A DNA stretch of 64,000 nucleotides, taken from the NCBI GenBank assembly GCA_964016885.1, contig OZ024750.1, positions 36,456,001-36,520,000 on the forward strand, written 5' to 3'. Below the pieces are notes generated by a model. That model was not told where the DNA came from. It saw only the letters and a program-made list of their open reading frames with translations, and made no database searches. This document shows, one piece after another, positions 38,813 through 52,552 of this stretch. A program made the position numbers and the translations under genes. Each line of letters begins with the position of its first letter. Within the stretch, counting starts at the first letter, position 1. This DNA comes from Eledone cirrhosa (lineage: Eukaryota).

Positions 38813-40035
38813 TTGTGGTGGTGGGGGAGGGGGGGGCATATTGTCTATATGCTTCAGCTTGTACCCATGGGAGGTCGGGTACTCTGTATTACTGCGTGAC
38901 GCCAGAAGTCACAGTCGTGTGTCATTGTCTTTGAGAGGTGTAATTGAGTATGTATAATAATCGCATAAAGGACATATAACAACACTGAAGATCTGCGACT
39001 GACAGAGACAATGAACAATTATGATAAAAGACCTTCAAAAATATGATAGTGCAGTAATGAAAAAAATAGGAGAATAAAAATAATAAAAATTAGTCTATTT
39101 AAAAAAACTATTTATTTACATTTATTGTGAACATTTTTTACCATAAATTTATCTTTTAGTGTATATTATAATAAAATATAAGATTTAATAGAGTAGCAAA
39201 ATGATATATTTGTTACAATTTACCAATAGAATCTATATTGCTAAATTTTGCTGCAAATGGAAAATCATATAGCATTAATAAACTTTGTCCAAAGAGTATT
39301 AGATTTAAAGTAAACAAAATTGGTATTGGTCTGCCAGCCTGCAGACATTTTGTCATATTTCCTGTTAGATTCCTTTATATCTGTATTCTTTGACAAGATC
39401 TTATGAACCATATTTGATCAACTCTGGTGTATTTCAAGTTTTCACTGTTGTGAAGTTCACCTAGCTATTAAAAGTAGATATCAACTTCCCTGGGAATGTT
39501 AAGACTTTCATTTTCTTAGGGAAAGCAAGAGGAATGTATTCCATTAAATTCTAGAAAATGCTGTAGAAAACTGGAGTTAGTTTTAATATACTATGAATTT
39601 TTTCAAAATGCTGATGTGTATGTGTATATGTGTGTGTATGTGCATATTTGTGTGCATGTGTGAATGTCCATATGCATACATTTATATGTATGAGTATATA
39701 AATATAAACACTCAAACAGATACACTTACAAAAACAAACACTCACAGACATACATTCTCACAAATACACATGCATTTACACATACACATACATTCACACA
39801 AACTCACACACACATTTACACAAACACACTCATACATTCAGACAAACGCACACAAATACATTTACACAAACACACATACACTCATGCACAGCATAGCAAA
39901 TGAAATGCCAGCCGGTGTTTTGCTATAGTTTTTTCACCATCCCCTTCTTTCCTTTTACACACACACACACATTCACACAGACACACACACATTGTGTGAT
40001 GGATTGACGGACAGAAGTCGCTCAAATTTATATAT

Positions 40036-40432
40036 AGAGGTACATGGCTTAGTGGTTAGAGCATTGGTCTTGCAATCGAAAGGTTGTGAGTTCAATTCTC
40101 AGACCGGGTGATGTGTTGTTTCCTTGAGCAAGACACTTTATTTCAGATTGCTCCAGTTTACTCAGCTGTAAAAATGAGATGATAGGACTGGAGTCTCTAT
40201 CATTCCACTGCAAAGTGGTCGTGGAGGTGCTACGGCAAAAAAAGCACCCAGCCCTCACTGTAAAGTGGATGTCTAGGTGCCACGGAAAAAAAGCAACCAG
40301 CACTCACTGTAAATGAGGTTGGTGTTAGGAAGGGCATCCAGCTATAGAAATCAAGCCAGAATCAGTTCCCGTCCCACCCTTGCAAGCAGGGAAAAAGCAG
40401 ACGTAAAATGAAATGATGATGATGAAATGATG
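40036..40432 (+). mobile_element. SINE family A
   Basis: Family A motifs with two internal units. Confidence 0.88.
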
Positions 40433-40975
40433 ATTCTTTATATGTATTTATTTTCCTTTAGTATTTTCCTCTGACAATCTTTTTGTTTTTGTAATTTCCA
40501 ATTGTTTAAGGCTTTGAGGTTATGTTTGAAGGCTGGCAGGTGACTGCTAAGTTTTGAAATACATAAATAATTGATATGTAGTTTTAAATGGAAATTCTAA
40601 ATTCAACTCATGAAAATCAATAAATGTAGATAACTTTAAATAATTTTTCACTTCGTAATATATAGTTTTAAGAATTACTTTCTCAATTTATAAGCAGTGA
40701 GTATATATTCTCATTGTCTGTCTATGTTGCTCACACATCATTTGTATCCATTCATCTATTAACCTTTTCTACTGGAATTTTACTCTCAGGTCACTATATT
40801 TCACTGTATAGTGACAGCTACACAATGACCCATATCTGATCAACTCTGGTGTACCCAGGTTTTCACTGATGCTGGAACGACATCCATTCTTGACTTTCAA
40901 CATTAATTGTTATTGAAGAATAATCTTGTTTTTCATATATGGGGTGAAGTTAACTTTCTAATATATAAAGAGTTA

Positions 40976-42170
<1,195 letters not shown>

Positions 42171-43785
42171 TACAAATCCAGAAGGGGTCTTTTTAGGAGC
42201 TTATTTACTGAATTATTTCTCAGTGTCTTATGTATTATAAACTGCAATTTATTACTAAACTCTTCATATTTCTATCATATTAAAGAAATCTCTGATTATT
42301 TGGTCCAATTTATTCTTTCTCAATTTCTGCATTTTATTTATTCTTGTTTCTCTCTCTTGTCTCTGGCAGAACCTGAAAAGGTATTCTTTTTTTAAAACTA
42401 TTTTCTATTTCCAGGCTGTTTTTGTTTAAAACATTTTGTTTAATTTTAGTGTAAAAAAAAAAGCCCTTCACCTTGCTTTAAAAATTGAAATGGGAATATT
42501 CTTTTTTTTCCCTCAATCATCAATTTTAATTGTTTATTAAAAAAGGATAAAAATTGTGTTTAAAAAAATCTAAATTCCTAAGAGAATAAAATTAAAAATA
42601 ATAGAAAAAATAAAGGAATTTCAGATAATGATGAAATCTGCTGATATTAATCAAACTTCTATCAAAAACAAAATATTTTACCTCTTTTTGCAGAAAAGCA
42701 GTAAATGTGTTTAAAAATTCATTTCAAATATGAAAATTAGTCTATAATTAGTTTTATTCATTGGCAGAACATTTGAAATACGTGGTGTTGAAGAAATATT
42801 TATGTTACCCGGTATTGATTGCAATCTTTCTTTTAAATGATGAAGCTATAGATGTTATTTACTATCATTGCAGCGTTAATCTAATTCTTTTTTTTAAATC
42901 ATGAAGATAATCGATTCAGTAAGAGAATAGTAGAGTCTACACAAGTTTCTTCTATTCTTTAAAGCAATGCTACTTATCTTTATATCCAATTTTTGCAAGT
43001 TGCAAATTTCCTTGATTCAATTTCCATACATATCTTTATCTAAATATCTTCATTGAAAGTTGTATTGGATTCTGTCAGAACAACCAAGTGAAAATATTAA
43101 AGAAATTATGCTTCTACTTGCAATATGCACTTGTCTTTTAGGAATATTCTTCTCCTTCCTTTCCAATTGTAAATTTTCTATTAACTTGTTAAATTGTCTC
43201 ATCATTCCTTTTATTTATTTAGAATATTTTTCCATTTCTTTAAAGGATAGAATTTCATGAAAATTTTATATGAGTTTACACAGAGTATTACATAACAATT
43301 TCAAATAGAATGTTTAACCACTTTTAGTGTAATATGAGACAGATCACAACTCTGCTTGAACATACATGCATACAAACACATGCATGCACACACATGCACA
43401 TGCACATGCATGCACATACATATGCATGCATGCATATATGCTTGCTCACACACATGCATAGACACACACACAGACAGACACACACATACACACACACACA
43501 TGCCCACACACCTACATATATATATACTTGACCAAGTAGGCAGCAAATTTTTCAATGTCTTGGAATCTAGTCCCCGCTCGTTTTTTTCCATCCACTGAAT
43601 TATTTTTATATAAGTTCCCAGTGTCCCCGCATTGCCTGGAAGCTTAGCTGAGAATAGACTCCCTGATGACGTAAGGCTTCTCTATGGAAACGCTCCGTAA
43701 CCATATTTATCCCCTTACAGAAACTAATTAGTTGGAGTGAAATTTTAGTAAGTAAGTCAATTTTCATAACTTTCTTATTTACGTC

Positions 43786-43844
<59 letters not shown>

Positions 43845-44079
43845 CTGACACTCAAACATAGACACACACATACACACACTCTGAAAGACACACATACCCA
43901 TACACACCCTCACACTCAAACACACAAATATACACATATAATAAAATAAACCAGAATAAACTGTATATACTAAAGTAATTAGTAAATACTAAATCTACCA
44001 CAGAAGCAATATTGGTGTCCTTTTACAGAATCATAACAACTGTTCCCCTCACTTCTTCTATTTCCCCTTCCTCATCACA

Positions 44080-44550
44080 TACCATTTATATCATCATCAT
44101 CACCATCTCACACCATTCATATCACCATTGTCACCACCACCATCACCATCACCACCGCCATCACCATCATCATCATCATCACCATCATCACCACTATCAT
44201 CATCATCACCACTATCATCACCATCACCATTATCATCATCATCACCATTATCATCATCATGACCATCATCATCACCATTATCATCACCACCATCATCATC
44301 ATCACCATTATCATCAGCTCACACCATTCATATCACCATCATCTCCACTACCGCCACCATCATCACTACCACCACCACCACCATCACTACCACCATCATC
44401 ATCTCCACCACCCCACCAACATCATCATCACCATCACCATCATCACCGCCATCATCATCTCACGCCTTTCATATCATCATCATCATCACCATAATCATCA
44501 TCTCACACCATTCATATCAGCATCATCATCATCATCATGACCATTATCAT
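44080..44550. repeat. (CAT/CAC)n low-complexity tract
   Basis: Source of the poly-His and poly-Met pseudo-ORFs. Confidence 0.93.
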
Positions 44551-46050
44551 CCCGCCTATGTTAAATTTGCCTTTCATCCTTACGGGGACGATAAAATAAA
44601 GTACCAGTAATGCACTGGGGTAATTGCTGGCCTTGTGCCAAAAGTAGAAACAATTATTTCTATTATTATTCCACCGAGGTTAGCTTTGCCTTTCATCCTT
44701 ACGGGGTTGATGAAATACAAAATAAAGTACCAGTCATGCACTGGGGTTGATTTAATTGCCGTTCCCCTCTCCCCAAATTGTTGGCCTTGTACCTATAGTA
44801 GAAATCAAGGGCAATGGATTGATGGACATACATGCACAGACACACAGACAGACATACGTACACATGCTATCACATACATACAAACATGCAGAAATATACA
44901 AACAAATACAGACTCACGCAGACATATACAGACATACACACAGGCACAGACACGCATTCATCCACAGCTTTACTCACAACTAACTTGCTACTTACACACA
45001 AACACATATTCTCACTCTCTGCTTCACTTAAGTAGCCCCCTTCCACCATGCATGTCATGCTTATCTCCCTTACTAGACACTTACTCTCCTCTGCTGAAAA
45101 TCATTTTTCTATCTCATTCACTTTTACTATGACATTCCAACATGTTTTATCTCTGGCTCAGAATCACATTTTTGTTCTCTTCTAATATTTTTCTTCTTCT
45201 TTCTGCTATTTTGAAAGAGAACAATTTACCAAAATGTTGCCCCCCCCCCCTCCCCCCCATAAAACACACACCCATAACATAACCACTTTGACTTCTACCC
45301 TTATTAATATATTTTTTTACCAATATTTTCCTGAGTTTCATTTTCTACTGTGTCTTAGCTGGATATTAATTACCATGTTGATTCAGATTTAATCCAGATT
45401 ATCACAGGATTTATTATCATTATCTTTTCTTTATTATCTGAAGACTGAGATTTCAAAATTACTTTAGCTGATTAATTTACTTAACAATGGAAATATTTTC
45501 TCAGTTTTCACTTTAATGACTTTTCTTATTTTTTTTTTCCATTTCTGTAGCATTCAATTTGTAATCTTAATTCACTCTCTTTCTTTAAGTTGAAGTAAGG
45601 AAATTAAATAAAAACAATATCATTTGTTAATCTGGCATTGTCCATTGCATTATATTGTCATAGGAATTAAGATGATACCATATAATATATATCATTATCA
45701 TCATCATCATGTAACGTTTATCTTCTAAACTAGCTGGACGTGTTTCTACCACTTGAGGAAAGATTGGTTGGGTGACCATGTCTCACTCGTACAGAACTGT
45801 TTCTGGTAGGTTTTCTACGGCAGGATGCCCTTCCTAACGTCAACCACATTAACAGTGTGGACTGAGAGCCTTTTTATCGTGTCACCTACACAACCACTTT
45901 ACAGTGGATAGAAATGGGAGGATAGAGTATATATATATATATATATTACGGTAAGCACTCAACATACTTTTTTCACATAGGAATGACGAAATATATTTAG
46001 AATAAGAAAATGCGAAGTAGTTTCAGATGTTAAAGTCCTTTATTGATAAG

Positions 46051-46125
46051 GCTGTGATACATATTTCAGTGACGACAGTGGCCACACAATTCCATGTACC
46101 CAGTGCCATAACATCATCAGACAGC
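46051..46125 (-). ncRNA. type I hammerhead ribozyme with 46-nt stem II
   Basis: Minus strand reads GCUGU CUGAUGA U[GUUAUGGCACUGGGUACAUG-GAAU-UGUGUGGCCACUGUCGUCAC]U GAAA UAUGUA UC ACAGC, then CUUAUCAAUAAA. AUC triplet. Confidence 0.85.
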
Positions 46126-47182
46126 TTCTTACATAATAAAGTTACGTTTCCGAGGCAATCCAAATTGAAACGAAAAGGGAATGGACAAAGAGCGTTTTCT
46201 TGAATCCTTGCCCGTTCCTTTGTAAGCCCCAACTCACCTCCACAGCTTTGCACAGGCGCAAATGTGAAGGAGGTTGACCATCTAACTACTACCCCAAAAC
46301 TCAACAAAACTAGCCTAGGCAAGCCCCCCCCCCCCCCCCCACACTCAACCAAACAATCACCCCCATCCAGGCTGCTAACATGACATGGTCATAGAGTTCG
46401 TGCCAGCCACTAAGTTGTGGTTTACTGCTACTCGCTCTTCCAGTGGCAGCCACCGAAACCCACTGGTAGTGGTAGAGTATAAGTTTCAATAGGTTTCAAT
46501 ACGACCCCTAAATTATGCTTGGACAATAGAAATAACCATCACCCGCGAAAAAAATAGAAACTTAATTCTAGGGTCAAGATATTGTGGTTTCACAGTGGAA
46601 ATAAGATTGAAAATTAGAAATTAAAAGTTAAAATCTTGATTGAAATAAATAAGACAAATATAATAAATAGGAAATGTGTAAATTATGGTGAGAAGTTTTG
46701 AAAAGGGGATCAATATTGGATATTACAGATATATTATCCATATATTGAACAATAGTACCGTACAGTAGAACGGAAGATAAATTTAAAGTATAGACTGTAG
46801 TAATTAGGTAAACAATTAGTTAATATCTTCTTCTATCACGTGAATCAAAACAAAAAGTATATAGATGCAAAATGAGAGAGGAAATATATACGAGAAAAAC
46901 AAGGGATATATATAAAGATGTATATATAAAGATGTATATATAAAGATGTATATTGGTATGGAAATAAGGGAAATAAAGGTAGAAGGGAAATAAGGGTAGA
47001 AGTGGTGAAAATAGTGAATTGAATTACATTCAAAATGCAGTCGGAATATTGGTCAATTTTGTCCATGTAATGTGCACATAAATATTCCTTTTCCATCTGT
47101 TATCGGATGAAGTGAGAGGGCTTCCATTCAAGGCATCTGTGCAAAATGCAAGTTGCTGCAGGAAAATAATATATATATATAT

Positions 47183-47560
47183 CATCATCATCATCATCAT
47201 CATTTTACGTCCACTTTTCCCTGCTTGCAAGGGTGGGACGGGAACTGATTCTGGCTTGATTTCTACAGCTGGATGCCCTTCCTAACACTAGTGAGTGCTG
47301 TGTGCTTTTTTTTTCCATGGTGCCTACATGTCCACTTTACAGTGTGGGCTGGGTGCTTTTTTGCCGTGGCACCTCCACAACCACTTTGCTGTGGAATGAT
47401 AGGGACCCCAGTCCTATCATCTCATTTCTACAGCTGAGTAAACTGGAGCAATGTGAAATAAAGTGTCTTGCTCAAGGAAACAACACATCACGCGGTCTGA
47501 GAATTGAACTCACAACCTTTCGATTGCAAGGCCAATGCTCTAACCACTAAACCATGTGCC
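47183..47560 (-). mobile_element. SINE family A
   Basis: Family A motifs on the minus strand. Confidence 0.85.
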
Positions 47561-47710
47561 AGACTGACCTCCCTGCCTTTGCTTCTATCTTTACACACGG
47601 CACTTGAAAGAATTGCTTCCACTTCATTTATTCTCATCTCGGGAACAATTTTGAATAGCGCCAGTTCGTAATTTGAACTCGGGAATTTTATATTCTCTGA
47701 GTGAAAAGAT

Positions 47711-47794
47711 CCTTCTGACGAGAGTTTATCTTTGCAACGGATGCCGTATGGACTGTCCGTTTATTTTTGAGACTCGAAACCGATTCGGTAAAGG
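47711..47794 (+). ncRNA. type I hammerhead ribozyme with 54-nt stem II
   Basis: CCUU CUGACGA GAGUUU...AACGGAUG...UGUCCGUU...GAGACUC GAAA CCG-AUU-CGG UA AAGG. Canonical G-C closure of stem II, GUA triplet. Confidence 0.85.
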
Positions 47795-48001
47795 TAACCA
47801 TAGTAAGTAAAGTTAAGTTTTTAAAATTTATTTTGAAACTTTTTCTTATTTGCTAAACCTTGATTATATATATATATACATAAATACATACATATATATA
47901 TATATATTATTTTCCTGCAGCAACTTACATTTTGCATATAGAGACACCAATAATGCGGGAATCAGTAGCAAACCAACAACGCGCCAACGCCGTGCTCCAC
48001 T

Positions 48002-48556
48002 TACCCTTGTAAGGATAGACTAAGAAACATTACGTGGTACAATCCACCCTATTCAACGGGCCTGAAGACCAGCCTTGCCCGGTCATTCTTTAGGGCACTA
48101 GATAGGCACACGCTGAAGCTCTCGTACTCAACCACGTGCAGCATAGCCCAACACATAGCTAGTATCAATAGGAATAGACTTAGGACCTTTGGACAGTCAA
48201 CAGTTGATCCTATAGTCACCCAGCAGAGCCATGATGGGGTAAATAGTGGACCCGAGACTGACCCATGGAACACCAACCAACCCAGGGACCCTGTACTAGT
48301 CTCAGGGATTAACCACCCCAAACTACACAATGGGAACCCCACAAAAGGAATGCAGCGGTTTACCACTTCATGACACTGCAGAAACCACACATTATGCAAA
48401 GTTAAAACCCCCAACACGGAACACCTTTACATAGGAGCCACATCGATGTACTTCAAGGACAGATGGTATAACTACCGCCATTCTTTCCATAGGATAGACG
48501 GGAGGAAAAGTACAGCCTTTTCCGAACTGATTTGGAAGCTCAAGCTTGAGGGAAAG
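48002..48556 (+). mobile_element. Penelope-like element (probably Neptune-type) ORF remnant: RT-EN linker plus GIY-YIG endonuclease
   Basis: Single frame from 48002, not in the ORF track: RNITWYNPPYSTGLKTSLARSFFRALDRH-TLKLSYST..., one stop at 48371, then HLYIGATSMYFKDRWYNYRHSF...STAFSELIWKLK. This fits the PLE WFNPPY...VKVSYS and YIG..FK.R..NH..SF...T.LS..IW.LK motifs. Confidence 0.85.
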
Positions 48557-48640
48557 CAGACGTTAAAACAAACAAGGTCGATGAAATAAAGTACCGGTCA
48601 AATATTGGAGTCAATACAATGGGCATATGGTTAGAATGTC

Positions 48641-49122
48641 TCAGGAAAGAATCACTGGGCAGATTTTACAGGCAAAAACCAACCAGTAGGAGACCCAGGG
48701 CATGACCCCGAGCAAGATGGTTGGATAACATCTATGAGGTTCGCTGGTCATGCTTAGGGATCCAACCCGATCAGTTAGAGATAGTTGCTTCTGACAGGAC
48801 CTGCTTGAAGGAGTATTTGAGGACTCTGCCCCCACAACCCTCTCAGGAATAAGTGGGCGAAGAAGAAGAAGAATATAAATTTTTCCCTACTCCCAAATTG
48901 CTGGCCTTGAGCCAATGTTAGGAACAATTAATAGTAATTGTTTTTATTTTAGGCACAAGGCCAGCAATTACCCAGTTCATTACTGGTACTTTATTTTATC
49001 GACCCCGTAAGAATGAAAGGCAAAGTTATCCTCGGCGGGATTTGAACTCAGATCATAAAGGGACGTAACTCTATGCTTCAAAGCATGGTGTCCGACTCTC
49101 TACCGATACTGCCAATCCACCG
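48641..49122. mobile_element. RTE 3' fragment with (GAA)n tail (48641-48872 +) and Nin-domain SINE (48935-49122 -)
   Basis: WLDNIYEVRWSCLGIQPDQLEIVASDR; family B motifs. Confidence 0.75.
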
Positions 49123-49679
49123 CAATTAATAGTAATGTTGATGGGTGTCATTGTATCGGCTCTATATTTGCCGAGTCACTGGTAGTTATTCAGTTTCTAT
49201 TTAAACATATTTCTCATATTTCACTAATGATTTTGATAAATGCTCTTATTACTCATTTTAATGTTCATGCATAATTAAAAAAGTCCTAAATGACTTAGAA
49301 ATTAATAATACAGATTTCTGTTGGCCAGAGATTTGAGTACGCGGCCATTTGTAATTGTAGACATCTTATGCTATCGCTATCTTCTAAAATAATGAAACAC
49401 CTATCTAGATATGATCTAGATAACCCTATGTTATTCTTCCAAGTTCACACTGGCACATTCAGGAAATCTAGTCAGCACTTGTCAGATATTTGGATCTGTC
49501 TGATCAGGTTTGGGGGCTTTTATCCCACTCTTCTATCAGATAGCTCTACATAATCCCCCTGTGTGCCTAAGATACTGTTCCAGACCCCCCTGCTAACAGT
49601 AAAGGGTAGAGTTGGTGTTGTAGATTTGTCTATGTTTGGTGTGGTTGTGGTTTTGGTAGTGTCATGATTGATGTTTGCT

Positions 49680-49907
49680 TTAACCCTTTAGCATTCACAT
49701 TACTCTATATATAAAATTATATTTTCATGGTAAATGCTTTATATTACATAATTATCTCACATAATATCGAATCTATGAGATTTTGAAAGTATTTATTTTG
49801 AGAACAATACCTTAACATCAGTTTGAGTGACCAGTTACAGCCAGTTTCAACAGAAAAAGGTAGAGAATTCTGGCCGGTTTTGGCCGGGTTGAACATTAAA
49901 GGGTTAA
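49680..49907. mobile_element. piggyBac-type MITE
   Basis: ttaa-ccctttagcattca ... gaacattaaaggg-ttaa. Confidence 0.75.
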
Positions 49908-50025
49908 GAAGTGCAGTTTTTTTTTAGTTTTTTGGAGCTCACTCCTCTCCTCACTCGAAGATGAGGTTTCAGTGTTAGAAAAATTGAACTCGGACAGGAA
50001 TATATGTATATTTGTGTGTGTATAT

Positions 50026-50659
50026 GGAGGCACATGGATTAGTGGTTAGAGCATTAGCCTTGCAATCGAAAGGTTGTGAGTTCAATTCTCAGACTGGGTG
50101 ATGTGTAGTTTCCTTGAGCAAGACACTTTATTTCACATTGCTCCAGTTTACTCAGCTGTAGAAATGAGATGATAGGGACTGAGGTCCCTATCATTCCACT
50201 GCAAAGTGGTTGTGGAGGTGCCACGGCAAAAAAGCACCTAGCCCACACTGTAAAGTGGTCGTGGAGGTGCTACAGCAAAAAAGCACCCAGCCCACACTGT
50301 AAAATAGTCGTGGAGGTGCCACGGCAAAAAAAGCACCTAGCCCACACTGTAAAGTGGTCGTGGAGGTGCCATGGAAAAAAAGCACCTAGCCCACACTGTA
50401 AAGTGATCGTGGAGGTGCCACAGCAAAAAAGCACCCAGCCCTCACTGTAAAGTGGTCGTGGAGGTGTCACGGCAAACAAGCACCCAGCCCACAATGTAAA
50501 GTGGTCGTGGAGGTGCCACGGCAAAAAAAGCACCCACCACTCACTGTAAATGAGGTTGGTGTTAGGAAGAGCATCCAGCTGTAGAAATCAAGCCAGAATC
50601 AGTTCCCGTCCCACCCTTGCAAGCAGGGAAAAACGGACGTAAAATGATGATGATGATGA
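50026..50659 (+). mobile_element. SINE family A with about 8 internal ~45 bp tandem units
   Basis: cactgtaaagtggtcgtggaggtgccacggcaaaaaagcacccagccca repeated over ~50197-50550. Confidence 0.9.
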
Positions 50660-51344
50660 TATCTAGGTGTGTGTTTGTATTTGAAAGAGGAAAACAGGCA
50701 GTGACAGAGGACTGGCTGAAGAGGGAGAGGGCTAGAAAAAGAGGGAGAGATGGCTGGGGAGAGAGAGAGGGTTAGAAAGAGAGGGAGATGTGGCTGGGGG
50801 AGAGAGAGAAAGAGTTAGAAAGATAATGAGAAATGACTGAGGAGGGAGAGAGATATAGTTGAGGAAATGGAGAGAGAGAGAGAAAGAAAATGGCTAGAAA
50901 GAGAGAGAGAGAGAGATAGTTCCAGAGAGGGAGAGGTGTGTTAGGAGTTCTCCTGGGTGGTGGTTTTGTTGATGGTTTTTATATATGTTGCTGATGGTCT
51001 CATTGATTTTGCTGTTACTCGTCTTGCTGACATTATTGGTGCTGCTGCTGTAGTTATTGGTGTTATTATCACTGCTGCTGTTGGTGCAGCTGTTACTGCT
51101 CCTGCTGTCATTTTCACTGTTGTTGATGCTGCTGCTGGTGTAGTTACACACTGTTGTTGTTGTTGTTGTTGAAACACGTGTTGGCTGTGTCAATGCCCCC
51201 CCCCCCCCCCCCTAATGTTATGTTTTGGGACAAAAGGTTCTTTAGTGGTTTGTGGCCCCACATTTGATGGGGTTTTTGCTCTCCACCCCCTATGCACAGC
51301 TCCACCCCTTTTTACGACTGAATAAGGTTCTAACTTCACTAACA

Positions 51345-52552
51345 ATACAAGGCCAGCAATTATCCCAGTGTATTACTGGTACTTTATTTTATCGACTCCT
51401 TAAGGATGAAAGGCAAAGTTAACCTCGGCGGGATTCGATTCGAACTCAGAATGGCAAGGGCCGTAACTCTATGCTGCAAAGCATAGCGTCTGACCCTCTA
51501 CCGATACTGCCAATCCAAATAATGATTTCTAGTATAGGTACAAGGCCAGTAATTTGGGATGGGTGGGTGGGGAAGTCGATTACATTATCCGGGGTGGGGG
51601 AAGTCGATTACATCAACCCCAGTATGTTACTGGTGCTTTATTTTATCGATCCTGTAAGGATGAAAGAGCAAAGCTAACCTCAGCAGGATTTCAACTCAGA
51701 ACATAAAGGGCCATACCTCTATGCCACATGACAAGGTGTCTGACACTCGGTGGAAGTGCCAGACAACATATTTTCAGCATACAGTTACAACCCTTTGCAT
51801 TCTGAGTTCAAATCCCGCTTATGGAGTTGATTTAATCAACTTTCTCTTCCCCCAAAATTGCTAGCCTTGTACCTATAGTAGAAGTCATTTTTATTATTAT
51901 TAAGGTTAACTTTGCCTTTCATCCTTACGAGATCGATAAAATAAAGTACCAGTAATGTACTGGGGTAGATATAATCAACTTTCGCCTCTCCCAAATTACT
52001 GGCCTTGTGCCTATAGTAGACATCATTATTATTAATCCCGCCGAGGTTGACTTTGCCTTTCATCCTTACGGGGTCGATAAAATAAAGTACCAGTAATGTA
52101 CTGGCCTTGTGCCTAAAGTAGAGACAATTATTATTATTACAGGGCGGTGGATTGGCAGTATCGGTAGAGAGTCGGACGTCATGCTTTGACGTATAGATTT
52201 ACGGCCCTTGCCATTCTGAGTTCAAATCCCGCCAAGGTTAACTCTGCCTTTCATCCTTACGGGGTCGATAAAATAAAGTACCAGTAATACACTGCGTAAT
52301 TGCTGGCCTTGTGCCTAAAGTAGAAACAATTATTATTACAATCGTTTTAACTTTATGATTATTGTTTCTACTTTTGGCACAAGGCCAGCAATTACCCAGT
52401 GTATTACTGGTACTTTATTTTATCGATCTCCGCAAGGAGATGAAAGGCAAAGTTAACCTCGGCGGGATTTGAACTCAGACCGTAAAGGGCCATAACTCTA
52501 TGCTGCAAAGAATGGCATCCGACCCTATACCGATACTACCAATCCACCACCC
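51345..52552. mobile_element. dense cluster of Nin-domain SINEs in both orientations
   Basis: At least 6 full or partial family B copies. Confidence 0.82.

Noticed and set aside
38980-39020. CUGAAGA-UCUG...CAGA-GACA hammerhead-like string
   Set aside because: GAAA is mutated and there is no stem I or stem III pairing.
42700-43262. Coding-looking, purine-rich minus-strand stretch (possible host exon or pseudogene)
   Set aside because: Stops occur in the frames examined, with no recognisable motif or convincing splice pair. A BLASTx would be needed.
44012-44540. poly-His/Pro ORFs, and the many IYIY/VCVC ORFs elsewhere
   Set aside because: Microsatellite translations.
46370-46480. GAAA-CC-CACU-GG-UA hammerhead 3' half
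   Set aside because: No intact CUGANGA upstream; at best a heavily decayed copy.
50197-50550. CRISPR-like array of ~45 bp repeats (also 38535-38810)
   Set aside because: No unique spacers and no cas genes, in a eukaryotic context. It is a tandem expansion inside a SINE.
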